Assembly: GCA_963753345.1 (NCBI GenBank)
Contig: CAVWBU010000049.1
Coordinates: forward strand, 96,001 to 160,000
Reading direction: 5' to 3'
Origin: an uncultured Fibrobacterota bacterium
GTDB taxonomy: Bacteria > Fibrobacterota > Chitinivibrionia > Chitinivibrionales > FEN-1185
DNA length: 64,000 bases
Positions 10,963 through 20,802 of the stretch are shown one piece after another (position 1 is the stretch's first letter; the number at the start of each line of letters is the position of its first letter). A model generated the notes under the pieces. The model did no database searches. It was not told the DNA's origin and saw nothing but the letters and a program-made list of their open reading frames with translations. The translations under genes were made by a program, and so were the position numbers.

Positions 10963-11544
10963 TCAACCGCCCGCCTGCGAAAAATCATAATGTCTGTCGG
11001 CCGGGAAGGCATCTTGCAGACCGAAGTCCATGGCGGCGGTGTTTTCTTTATGATTGAGATACCATATTTTTGCATCAAACAGGAATTCCTTTGCCAGATC
11101 CGCCAGCATAAGCAAAATGGAATTTACTTTCGTGTCTTTTTCCACAGAAGCATAGCTGATATAGAACTCCAACTCATCTGCGGCCACTTCATGAACAATG
11201 CCGAAGACATCTTCAAGACTCTCACCGATTTCGAAACCTCTTTCCCCAAGCGCATCATCTCCCTGTGGGCAGCTGAGAACAGGAGCTATTTCGAGACCAA
11301 GGCTTTGGACGATTTTCCATATTATTGCGCGTTGCGCATCCTTCTTTACACTCATGTAAAGATAGAAAGCCCTGGTGAGGACGTTATCGCTTAATGCGCC
11401 TTTCTCTTCAAAAAAACCTACCGCCTCCGTCGCCCGCTTTGCCGCCGAAGTCAGGATTCTGGAAACCTGCGGATTTTTGTCGAGTTTTGCACCGAGGATC
11501 ATTCTCGAAGAGATGTGGTTTTTGAGCGAAGCGGTGCGTTCCAT
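10963..11544 (-). CDS. Hypothetical protein, possibly a degenerate ferritin/rubrerythrin-like helical bundle
   Basis: GAGGA RBS; two E...F[FY]...[FL]..[LM] helical halves; sigma54 promoter upstream. Confidence 0.55.
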   Translation of the reverse strand: MERTASLKNHISSRMILGAKLDKNPQVSRILTSAAKRATEAVGFFEEKGALSDNVLTRAFYLYMSVKKDAQRAIIWKIVQSLGLEIAPVLSCPQGDDALGERGFEIGESLEDVFGIVHEVAADELEFYISYASVEKDTKVNSILLMLADLAKEFLFDAKIWYLNHKENTAAMDFGLQDAFPADRHYDFSQAGG

Positions 11545-11614
11545 AAATTTTTCCTCAGGTACAGGTGATTTCCAGATGAACGCTTAACCATTAACACAAC
11601 TTAATGAAAACAAC

Positions 11615-11630
11615 TGCAACAACTATGCCA
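11615..11630 (-). promoter_or_regulatory. Sigma54 (-24/-12) promoter
   Basis: Minus strand TGGCAT-AGTTG-TTGCA, about 70 nt before ATG 11544. Confidence 0.75.
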
Positions 11631-11814
11631 TCATTTTACCGACAGGTGTCTGGCCATTCGCTGCACGCATCCGGACAAAAATGATGGCCGTATTGCGGCA
11701 AGGAGCCCGGACAGCGGCTGCTGCCGGGAAAAAGCAAATCCGGAAATGGAGAAAGAAGACAAGAATGGTGAGAACGCCGCGGACGATTGTTCTCAAGGGG
11801 AAAAGCGCTGGATG

Positions 11815-12183
11815 TCAGAGAATCCCCATCGATGCGAAGATTTCTTTCACTTTGTAAGGTGAAATAGGTTTTTCAAGAAAGCAATCAACCCCGAACGAAG
11901 ACACCTTTTCTTTGGTCTTGTCGTCACCATAAGCGGTCATGACGATGATCTTGCAATCCTTTTGAATCGCTCGCGCAGATTGGATGACCTGGTATCCATC
12001 GTTATTTGAGGTTCCGCTGAGTCTGAGGTCGGCTATGACGGCTTGGTATGCGTTCTTCTGGAGGAGATACAATGCTTCATCGAGAGTTTGCGCTGTTTGA
12101 GTTTGGACATTCGGACCCCTGAGGACTTTGGAAAATGCAAAAAGAATCGCTTCCTCGTCATCAACTATGAGAATATTCGACAT
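11815..12183 (-). CDS. Single-domain response regulator (receiver)
   Basis: ILIVDDE, phosphoacceptor IADLRL, MTAYG, EKP. Confidence 0.9.
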   Translation of the reverse strand: MSNILIVDDEEAILFAFSKVLRGPNVQTQTAQTLDEALYLLQKNAYQAVIADLRLSGTSNNDGYQVIQSARAIQKDCKIIVMTAYGDDKTKEKVSSFGVDCFLEKPISPYKVKEIFASMGIL

Positions 12184-12420
12184 TTCCTGGCCCATCCGAT
12201 TTTTCTTCCTAAAAAATATCTGCTGCACATGGACAGAGAGCATTGAAGAACCCCGCAGCAAGCTGCGAGGACCACGCTACGGTCGATAAATACACCTGGA
12301 AGTAGAGGCGCAAGCCAATCTTCCATCCCTATGGAAATAAAAACATACTTATAGCCCCTCGCAAACCCCGATACAAGCTTTGAGGAATGCGCTCGCTATG
12401 GGGTTCACACTATCTACGTT

Positions 12421-12436
12421 CGCAAAATCCTTGCCA
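12421..12436 (-). promoter_or_regulatory. Sigma54 (-24/-12) promoter
   Basis: Minus strand TGGCAA-GGATT-TTGCG (GG-N10-GC) upstream of the receiver gene. Confidence 0.6.
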
Positions 12437-12894
12437 CGATTTCTTGTGCCGAGTTAGTGGAAATCGGGTTGTAAAGCCCGGTCATGGCTGATCGATTTCC
12501 AGGAATTCCCACTCTTGGGAACCAGAGTTGTTACGGATAGGAAAACCACCACCTCCAGCGGTCCAGCGCTGCACTCCACCGTATAATCGTGCTGGTACAC
12601 TTATTGCCGATATTATTCCAGGAAGAAGATGAAAACATCCGCTTTTCTTCCGGATCGAATGGCATTTTACGCGGAACTGGCACGCAAGCTAATGGCATTC
12701 TGCCGCAAGCACGGAATTAAGTGCGAAATGAATGCATCGGACAAAAAATCCATCCGCACGCCGAGACCTTGACAACAGGAAGTGACTCAACAGCGTTCAC
12801 CAGCCGCATTGCAAAACGCGGCGATGGGTGACGTTTGAGCACATCGGGCCGCGGTGAGTACATGCGCCAAATGCCATATGCCGGCCTGTATTCC

Positions 12895-15198
12895 CTACCC
12901 CTGTTGCGCAGGCAAATACCTATTGAGCATTTTCGCAAGTTCGGATATGCTGAAGGGCTTGCGAATGCTTGCGGTGAAACCGTATTCACCCGGATTTGCC
13001 ATAACCGGGTCTTCGGTATAGCCGCTTGCCACAAAGCAAGGTGTTGTGGTATTCACCTTCCGGATTTCTCCGATGGCTTCTTTTCCTCCCATGCCGCCGG
13101 GAACGGTGAGGTCGAAAAGCATCCCGGCAACTTTCCGGTTCGCCCTGGTTTCCGCCAGGAAATAATCGACCGCTTCCCTTCCGTTTGTCGTGCAAATTAC
13201 TGTATAACCAAAAGACCGGAGCGTGGATCCGACCGCTTCCCTGATCACGTTTTCGTCATCCATGATCAGGAACGTGCCGGTTCCCGCATGATCCGCCCCA
13301 TGCTGTTCAGGGGGGGATGAAATCGCATCGGTGTTGGCCGGCATTACAACATGGAACGTACTGCCTTTGCCGGGTTCGGATTCCACATCAATACAGCCGC
13401 CGTGCCGATAGACAATTGAATGGCAGATGGCAAGTCCGAGGCCATGCCCCTTTGCTTTTGTCGAATAAAACGGATCGAATATGCGGGGCAGAACCTCTTT
13501 GGAAATGCCGAAGCCATGGTCTTTAATTGAAATCCTGACATACTTGCCCGCGGGAAGCGTCGGGTGTTCCTTTTCAACCAGACGGATATTTTTTGCCGAA
13601 ATTTCAATCGTGCCGCCGCCCGGCATCGCCTGCTGGGCGTTGATGACGATATTATCGACGACCTGACCGATCTGCCCCCTGTCAAAATCGCACCACCAGA
13701 GGTCTTCCGGCGCATCGAACGTGCATGAAACGTTCGAACCGCTGAGAGCGAATTGTGAGGTTGCCCGCACAAGAGGAAACACGGGTCCCGCTTTCCGGAC
13801 CGGAAAGCCGCCTTTTGCAAACGTCAACAATTGCTGCGTGAGGCCGCGGGCTCTGTCGATTGTTTCAATTGCCCTCGAAAGGTACTGTGTGCTGTTGGCG
13901 CGAACGGAATCCGCTTTCGCAAGTTCGATGTAACTGTAAATGCCCGCCATAAGATTGTTGAAATCGTGAGCGATGCCGCCGGCCAGTACGCCAAGGGATT
14001 CGAGATTCTGGTTCCTGTGCGTGGCATCAATAAGCTTCTGTTTTTCGGTGATGTCCCGGAAAACGATCACGACGCCGATGATGGTGCCGCTTTTGTCTTT
14101 TATCGGCGCGGCGCTGTCGGCAATGGTTTTTTCGGTCCCGTCTCTTGAAACAAGGAGCGTGTGATTTGCGAGCTCAACGGCGCTTTCGGCCGCCAGCACT
14201 TCCCGAAACGGGTCTTCTTGAGGTTCCCGGGTAATATCGTTGACAATGTTGAATATTGAATTGAGCGGTTTTCCCTGCGCTTCGTCCTGACGCCAGCCGC
14301 ACAGTTTTTCGGCCGCGGCGTTCACGATATCAACCCTGCCTTGAGCGTCGGTGGTGATGACGCCGTCGCCGATGCTGAGAAGCGTAACGGCAAGCCGTTC
14401 GCGTTCCGCGGCCAGGGCATCCGCATTGCGTCTGCGCTCCGTGATGTCGCGATTGATGGAAATCACGCGCTGGGGCGTGCCTGTTGTATCGAATTCCGGC
14501 ACAAGGCGCCAGTTGAAAAAACGCAAGCCCTTGTTGCCCTCAAATGAATATTCCCGCTCGTAGGGCTTCCCGCTGTCCAGGACTTTTCGGACGCCTTCTT
14601 CCCACATTCGGCAAATTTCTTCCGGAAACCCGAGTTCACGATTGGTCTTGCCCATGAATTGATCCGCTGGGGGTTTGAAGACATCATTGACATTTTTTGA
14701 TACGAAAAGGTGGCGTCCCTCGCGGTCGACCCGACGGAGAATATCCGGCAGACCCTCCACAAGGGCCCGAAGCGATTCCTCGCTTTGCGCCAGTCTGGTC
14801 GATGCATCCCGGAAATGCTTTTGCGATTTGACAAGTCTGCTGATAAATTCAAAGAACAGTACGAAGACAAAGAGCCCTTCCGTCCGGTTAACGATATCGA
14901 GAAGCGGCAGGTTTGGGGCGTTGGGAACATCTGCCGTCAAGAGTGCGCCGGTGAAACTGGCCAAAATAATCGTAATAAGTATAATGGCGCCGTAAGAATC
15001 ATTTTCCGCGCGATATATGAGAATCAGAGGAATCAGGTACAGAATCCAGTGAATCGCGCCATAGGGCGTCGATGCGTCAATAAGAAAAACTATGGCAATG
15101 CATGCAAAAGACAAAATGAACAGATTGCGGTCGGAAGACATCTTCTTTTCAATAGCCAGCACAAGCGCCTTGAGGTCCATATTTTTCCCCACCTTCAT
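12895..15198 (-). CDS. Membrane hybrid sensor histidine kinase (2 PAS, HisKA, HATPase, receiver)
   Basis: N-terminal TM helices, two PAS/PAC domains, H-box AHDFNN, FDPFYSTK..GHGLGL, C-terminal receiver (MDDE...FDLTVPG...KPF). Confidence 0.92.
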   Translation of the reverse strand: MKVGKNMDLKALVLAIEKKMSSDRNLFILSFACIAIVFLIDASTPYGAIHWILYLIPLILIYRAENDSYGAIILITIILASFTGALLTADVPNAPNLPLLDIVNRTEGLFVFVLFFEFISRLVKSQKHFRDASTRLAQSEESLRALVEGLPDILRRVDREGRHLFVSKNVNDVFKPPADQFMGKTNRELGFPEEICRMWEEGVRKVLDSGKPYEREYSFEGNKGLRFFNWRLVPEFDTTGTPQRVISINRDITERRRNADALAAERERLAVTLLSIGDGVITTDAQGRVDIVNAAAEKLCGWRQDEAQGKPLNSIFNIVNDITREPQEDPFREVLAAESAVELANHTLLVSRDGTEKTIADSAAPIKDKSGTIIGVVIVFRDITEKQKLIDATHRNQNLESLGVLAGGIAHDFNNLMAGIYSYIELAKADSVRANSTQYLSRAIETIDRARGLTQQLLTFAKGGFPVRKAGPVFPLVRATSQFALSGSNVSCTFDAPEDLWWCDFDRGQIGQVVDNIVINAQQAMPGGGTIEISAKNIRLVEKEHPTLPAGKYVRISIKDHGFGISKEVLPRIFDPFYSTKAKGHGLGLAICHSIVYRHGGCIDVESEPGKGSTFHVVMPANTDAISSPPEQHGADHAGTGTFLIMDDENVIREAVGSTLRSFGYTVICTTNGREAVDYFLAETRANRKVAGMLFDLTVPGGMGGKEAIGEIRKVNTTTPCFVASGYTEDPVMANPGEYGFTASIRKPFSISELAKMLNRYLPAQQG

Positions 15199-15665
15199 AG
15201 GTTAGACGAAGATGAAGCGCTTCGTGTTACAGTGCAGGGCCGGGATGCGTCAAGTGCGTAATTGACAAATGTGCAGAAGCACATCGTCACGGAATCCATT
15301 GAAGAACTCCGCCCGGTAGTGTCAAGATTCCTTTGGTGAAATTGTCCTCTTATTATCTGCATTCGCATATCGTACCAGTAGGGGTTCAATTATGAATACA
15401 TTTGCCAAAACGATTGTAGTGGCGTCATTCGGTTTTCTGGCAAGCCAGATGTTCGGCTGCGCATCTTCCACCAGCCTCACCGATGTTTGGCGCGATCCAG
15501 GGTATCAGGTTCCGCCAAAACAAGAAGGCCGAGAATTTGCGGGAGGTAATCAGGAACCTGGGGTATAAACCGGAATATTGATTCCACGGTTGCGGCGACC
15601 GGCGAAGATCGGGCGATACGGACAGGCGCGGCGGCAACCCGGATTCGGCAGAGCCGGTCCCGGGG

Positions 15666-17000
15666 TCAGGTTTCGCCGCCGGTCTTCGTAAGTTTCCTGT
15701 ACAGCGACGAAAGTGAAATGCCGAGAATCTCGCTGGCTTTGTACTTGTCGCCTGCGCACTTGTCAAGCACCCCTTTGATGTGAAGCGTTTCCATCTCCCC
15801 GAGGGTCACCAGCGAAACATCCTTGCCGCCCTGCGGCGGGGCAAACGCGCCGGCGCTCAGGCCCGGGAAGTGCGCGGGGGTAATTTCCTGTCCGCGGGCG
15901 AGCAGGAACGCCCGTTCCAGCATGTTCCTGAGTTCCCTTATGTTTCCCGGCCATGCGTAGCCGGCGAGAAGCTGGACCACGGGGGTTGACAGGGGCAAGT
16001 GGGGATAATCGAAGCTCTTGAGGATCCGATCGCATAATTCGTGGACATCCTCTTTTCTTTCGCGCAGCGCGGGCAGGCGCACGGGAAAAACACAGATGCG
16101 GTAGTACAGGTCGTTCCTGAACCTCCCGCTTTCGGTCTCCTTGAGAAGGTCGCGGTTTGTCGCACATATCAATCTGAAATCGCTCTTCCTGAGATTGTTC
16201 TCTCCGATTCTCCGGAAAGATTTTTCCTCGATGGTCTTGAGGAGCTGCGTCTGGACCTCCATATCCATATCCCCGATTTCATCGAGGAAGAGCGTGCCTC
16301 CGTCGGCAACTTCAATAAGGCCTTCCCGGTCCTTGATGGAAGACGTAAACGCTCCCTTTACATGGCCGAACAATTCGCTCCGCAATAGCTCGCCCTTGAG
16401 GCTGGAACAGTTTACTTCGACAAAGGCCTCGGATTTCCTGTCGCTGTGGTTATGTATCCATTTTGCGAGCACGCCCTTGCCGGTGCCTGTTTCACCGAGA
16501 ATGAGGACGACCGTGTCGTTTGCCGCGGCAACTGCCGCGTGCTCCATGACCTCGGTGATTGCCGGGGCGGTTCCGAAATATGGTTCGTCCTGTTTGACAA
16601 GCCTGGTCTGAACAAGCGCCAGCTTCCGAAGCGACCCTATTTCGAGGGCCTTCTGCAACGAGGCGAGCAGATCGGTCATTTCGACAGGCTTGGTGAGGAA
16701 GTCTTCGGCGCCGTTCTTGGTGGCCTTCACCGCCGTGGGAATGTCGCTGCTGCCCGTTATCACGATAACCGGAAGGTGGGGATGTCCCTGCTTAAGTTCC
16801 GGAAGCCAATCGAGGGAGTAACCGTCCGGCAACTTGAGATCGAGCACGATGGCGTCGAACCGGTCTGCCGCAACCGCCTTCTTTGCGTCCGCAAGGCTGG
16901 CGGCGCTTTGTGTTGCAAATCCGTTCTTCACAAGGTATCGTTCGTAGGCGAAAAGAGAGGCTTCATCGTCTTCGACAAGAAGGAGCTTGTGGTTTCTCAT
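15666..17000 (-). CDS. Sigma54-dependent response regulator, NtrC family
   Basis: Receiver domain, Walker A GETGTGKG, ELFGHVKGAFTS, LFLDEIGD, WPGNIREL, Fis-type HTH. Confidence 0.95.
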   Translation of the reverse strand: MRNHKLLLVEDDEASLFAYERYLVKNGFATQSAASLADAKKAVAADRFDAIVLDLKLPDGYSLDWLPELKQGHPHLPVIVITGSSDIPTAVKATKNGAEDFLTKPVEMTDLLASLQKALEIGSLRKLALVQTRLVKQDEPYFGTAPAITEVMEHAAVAAANDTVVLILGETGTGKGVLAKWIHNHSDRKSEAFVEVNCSSLKGELLRSELFGHVKGAFTSSIKDREGLIEVADGGTLFLDEIGDMDMEVQTQLLKTIEEKSFRRIGENNLRKSDFRLICATNRDLLKETESGRFRNDLYYRICVFPVRLPALRERKEDVHELCDRILKSFDYPHLPLSTPVVQLLAGYAWPGNIRELRNMLERAFLLARGQEITPAHFPGLSAGAFAPPQGGKDVSLVTLGEMETLHIKGVLDKCAGDKYKASEILGISLSSLYRKLTKTGGET

Positions 17001-17174
17001 GGTTTTTCAGGTTCCGGGGAAAAGTGGGGGACGGATAAGGCGCAATTTTCACGATCTTACGGAACGCCGGAATTCTTCGCAACGTAACATTAATATAAAT
17101 GCCTCCCACGAATCTCCCGAAGATAAATGCATTTGTTGCCTGCAAAACTAAACGAGCGGAAAACCTTTTATGAT

Positions 17175-17330
17175 TCACCTATCAGGAGCAGGAAATTCCA
17201 GACACCTCCCGTAAAAGTCCTTGTTCTCCTCGCCTTCGACCCACGTGGTTTCGCCGTGCTTGTCGACCACGCTCTTGACAATGGCAAGGCCGATGCCGGT
17301 TCCGATGAATCCCACAGCGAGCGCATTCCT
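17175..17330 (-). pseudogene. Remnant of a histidine kinase HATPase C-terminus
   Basis: GTGIGLAIVKSVVDKHG.TTWVEG (G2 box region) with no upstream kinase body. Confidence 0.65.
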
Positions 17331-17601
17331 CGAAGCTTGCTTCGGGGTTAGCGAGCGACTGTTAAGTATGTCTCTTTCCATAGAGATGGAAGATTCCTCG
17401 CAGGCGGTTCGCGGCGGTTTTGGGCGGGCTTGTCATAGTCAATGCGGCGTCGGATGTTTTGCGGATAAAAATTCTTTGCTTTGCAGAGGTCTGCTTGAAA
17501 ATCAATTCATGCGTAGAACGGATGCAAGGACAATTAGAATAGAAAGTCCCGAGGATAACGCCGAAAGGAGAAAAGGCGTGGCTCCATTCACCTAGTGGTG
17601 T

Positions 17602-18210
17602 TTAAGACGAGGGACGTGGTTTCTTGTCGCGTTGGGGGTGCTTCTTGAGGTACTCCTCGAATGATTGAAGATATTTCGGGTTTCCCGGAACCACCACGTG
17701 AGTTTCTGCATAACGCCGCGCGAGAGCGTGGACATCACCCATATAGAGTTTGTCGCCGTTGACAAATCTGTCGGCAAGGCCGCCCAGGTAATCGGCACGC
17801 TCCTTAGCATCGTGGTACGCCTTCTGGAGCACGGTACGCGTTGAATCGTTGCCGTTTTTGTAAAAGTCTGCAATTGCCCACGTCAAATGCCAGTAGTTGA
17901 AACTCCAGTAAACAGAGTCAATACGGGAAAAATAAAGGTCGCTGATCCTGGCCGCCTGACTCGGCGTTATCACCTGATCGCGGATTGCCCATACTCCCAG
18001 CACGCACCCAATTGTTCCCTTGTCGATTTCCATTTCTGCAATCTTTAGCGTCTGATCGATGTCCACTCCCTCAAGTAAAACCTTTGAACGGTCATGCGGG
18101 AACCCCAGGCATCCCGTCAAACCCACGACTGCCGCAACAAGAACGAAGAGCTGCAGAAGAATTCTTGGAGCCGTGCGCACACGAACTGTCCCGCGGCGCG
18201 GCGTGTTCAT
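17602..18210 (-). CDS. Hypothetical lipoprotein
   Basis: Basic N-terminus, hydrophobic stretch, lipobox LTGC. Confidence 0.65.
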   Translation of the reverse strand: MNTPRRGTVRVRTAPRILLQLFVLVAAVVGLTGCLGFPHDRSKVLLEGVDIDQTLKIAEMEIDKGTIGCVLGVWAIRDQVITPSQAARISDLYFSRIDSVYWSFNYWHLTWAIADFYKNGNDSTRTVLQKAYHDAKERADYLGGLADRFVNGDKLYMGDVHALARRYAETHVVVPGNPKYLQSFEEYLKKHPQRDKKPRPSS

Positions 18211-18329
18211 AATGAACCCCTTTCCCGGTTCAACAATAGGAAAACAGCGGCGTACAGCAATTTCTCTCCTGCCCGCGCCATTAAGGTGAAAATGCGGCGG
18301 CAACAGACCCGCCACACCGCGACCTCAAC

Positions 18330-18755
18330 CTAGAACGTAAACAAGATCAGCGGCGCCGCGGCAAACACAGTGTGCCCGTAGGCGGTGTAGCGCGCGGTTT
18401 GAGGCACGCCCTTGTCAAGCGACCCTTCGATGCTTATCCATAACGCAGAAGCAATGACACAGGAGCCGACGATCCGGTGAATGACCCTTACCACCGGAGG
18501 AAGGTCGTCGTTTGTAAACAGGATGGTCGCTCCCAATCCGGCCTGAGCGCCCAGGAGGCACAAATTCGTAATTGCCCCGGCTCTTGTTCCGGTTTGCTGG
18601 GCAGTCTGCAGCATTCGTACGTCGGAATAAATTCCCGTGGCTTCAATGAAAGGAACCGCGCACAAATGAACCACACCTTTCCAAGAATGAATCTTCCCGA
18701 AAGAATTTCCGAATGCCAAAAGCAGCACCATGGCACACGGAATCAAGCCGCGCAT
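18330..18755 (-). CDS. Hypothetical membrane protein
   Basis: AAGGAGG RBS, signal peptide, several hydrophobic segments. Confidence 0.65.
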   Translation of the reverse strand: MRGLIPCAMVLLLAFGNSFGKIHSWKGVVHLCAVPFIEATGIYSDVRMLQTAQQTGTRAGAITNLCLLGAQAGLGATILFTNDDLPPVVRVIHRIVGSCVIASALWISIEGSLDKGVPQTARYTAYGHTVFAAAPLILFTF

Positions 18756-18879
18756 TGATCCTCCTTTGTTTACGTCTGCTCACTCGCGCGCCTCGGGACC
18801 TGTAATCTTCTCTACACGCGATTTTTGGAAACGCCCGGCTCTTGCTCTTGATGTATTGGCCGGGCGTTCCATCGTATCT

Positions 18880-19627
18880 CTATTTCTCCTGTGCTTCCAT
18901 GTGGTGATGAGGATGCTTGCCCCATCCTCCCAGCACGAGGCGGATGTAGGCGCCGTTTTGCATGATCGACGGCAGGCCGGTTACGGTTGTACCTCCCGAA
19001 TACCACTTCTTTCCCGAATAGAGATCGACCAGGTATCCCGCCCTGAGGCCAAAGGAAAAGCCCATTGTTCCATCCTTACTGGCAAGAAGGTAATTGGAGC
19101 CCAGGCCGATATCAAACAGGGGAGTGGCCTGCCACACCATGGAATTGGGTTCCGTTGAGTTGAGGAGATCCGGCAGTGCTTTTGTGTTGCTCCGGAAGTT
19201 CATGCAATTAAGGCCGACTCCGCAGCCCAAGGTAAGGATACAGGTCGACGGGCATGGCAGGCGGCAACACGTTAAAGCCTGCATCGGCAACGATCTCTCC
19301 CATGCCCAGCGAGGTGCGCAGCCCCGCATTGAGATTGTCTCCCCAGATCCTGGCCATGATATGGTGTTCCATGATGAACCTGTCCCAGTCTTTATAGCTG
19401 CCCAAAGTCAGCGTCCATGCTTGTGCCGGGAAACGTGAATAGCCCAGCGATCCAAGATAATTGTTGAGGTCGCCGAAACCGATCCAGGAGAACCCGGGAC
19501 TGATGTACCTGAAATGGTGGGTGGGTTTCATCATCATCATCGAGTCATTGTCCATGGTGTGAGCGGGCGTGCTTGCAAATGAAACCAGCAGAACAAGTGC
19601 GGTGAGAATGTGTGCTGTTGTTTTCAT
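18880..19627 (-). CDS. Hypothetical exported (beta-barrel-like) protein; frameshift near 19225
   Basis: AAGGAG RBS and signal peptide MKTTAHIL. LYPYLG continues as GVGLNCMNF in ORF 18880-19329. Met-rich N-terminus and His-rich C-terminus. Confidence 0.6.
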
Positions 19628-19762
19628 AATTGTCTCCTTGTTGATAAAAAAGATTGTTTGCGTTTTAACATTGAGGGGGCTGCCTCTGCGACCGATGCGC
19701 CCTGTATTCTTATTGAGGGAAACTCCTTTTTGATGAATGGAATGCGTCAATCCACTTTTATC

Positions 19763-19778
19763 CGCAATTCTCATACCA
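19763..19778 (-). promoter_or_regulatory. Sigma54 (-24/-12) promoter
   Basis: Minus strand TGGTAT-GAGAA-TTGCG upstream of ATG 19627. Confidence 0.55.
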
Positions 19779-19944
19779 TCACAAAAGCAGGAGTGCACAC
19801 TTGGCGAGGGTTGGAATGTATGAGGAAATTCTCATTTATGGGAAAATGGTTTTTCAAGAATGGAATTGGGTGTACAGAAGTCAAACCCGCGAGGTGAGAT
19901 TGTATGATGCGTCACGTCGGCCGCAAAGCGATCTTTCTCGCTTG

Positions 19945-20799
19945 TCACTTTTCCTTCCTGTCGTACCGTTTGGGCAGCGCGATGATGGTGTCGATCACCC
20001 TGTATTTCAGCGCCTCTTGGGGTGAAAAGTATACTTCCGATGTGTCAATAATCATGGATTCCGGGATGTCGGTCATGGACCGCCATTCCTCCAAGTCAAG
20101 GTCCTTGGCGACTGCGTCGTAGGTGTGGTCTTTGCCGGAAAGGCGCAGGTCCTGGCCGTGAAACATAAAGACCGTGTTTCCGTAAGCGGCCCGCAGGCCC
20201 GTGGCCGCCGCCAGGATCCTCACGCCCGATGAGGCGCAGAAGCCCGAAGCATAAATGTTGACTCGTGCGCCAAGGCTCCGCATAACATTGCACACGGCTT
20301 TTGCGTCGGCGATGTTGCCGCCCGAGGAGCACAGGTACAGGTTGATGTCCCTGGTGTCGCCGGCGCCGGCCAGGAGAAGTAGCTGTTTCGCGAGCCACGA
20401 ACAGGTGAGTTCGTTGATGTCGTTGCTGAAATAGATCTTTCGCTGTTTAAACAGCAGCGTGTCGAGCGGGGGAGCGTTGTAGATTCCCTTTTCGATTCTG
20501 GTTTCGAGTCCCTCGTCCTCGCCGGCGTCGGCGGAAGCGGCCTGCCTCCTCGACTGCAGGACAAAGGAGGCAAGCAGAATTGCGGCGGCGATCACCAGCA
20601 CGGCTGCGACCATCCGGAGGACGGAATTGACAAAGGCGAATGCCGCATGCCGCGAAGCGCGCTCCCCGTTTGGAGAACCGCACGGTTCCCTGCACACCAT
20701 GCCGTCCGGCGCCGCCATGGAACACTCCCCGCACAGGCCTTTGCCGCAGCGTTTACAGATTGCGAGTGCCGGCGATTGAGGATGGCGGTAGCAGTTCAT
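19945..20799 (-). CDS. ClpP-family protease with N-terminal B-box-like zinc finger and TM helix
   Basis: CYRH...CKRC...CGEC...C..PC; one TM helix; RKIYF, INLYLCSSGG, CASSG, FMFHG, SPQEALKYRVID. Confidence 0.8.
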   Translation of the reverse strand: MNCYRHPQSPALAICKRCGKGLCGECSMAAPDGMVCREPCGSPNGERASRHAAFAFVNSVLRMVAAVLVIAAAILLASFVLQSRRQAASADAGEDEGLETRIEKGIYNAPPLDTLLFKQRKIYFSNDINELTCSWLAKQLLLLAGAGDTRDINLYLCSSGGNIADAKAVCNVMRSLGARVNIYASGFCASSGVRILAAATGLRAAYGNTVFMFHGQDLRLSGKDHTYDAVAKDLDLEEWRSMTDIPESMIIDTSEVYFSPQEALKYRVIDTIIALPKRYDRKEK

Positions 20800-20802
20800 G
20801 CT

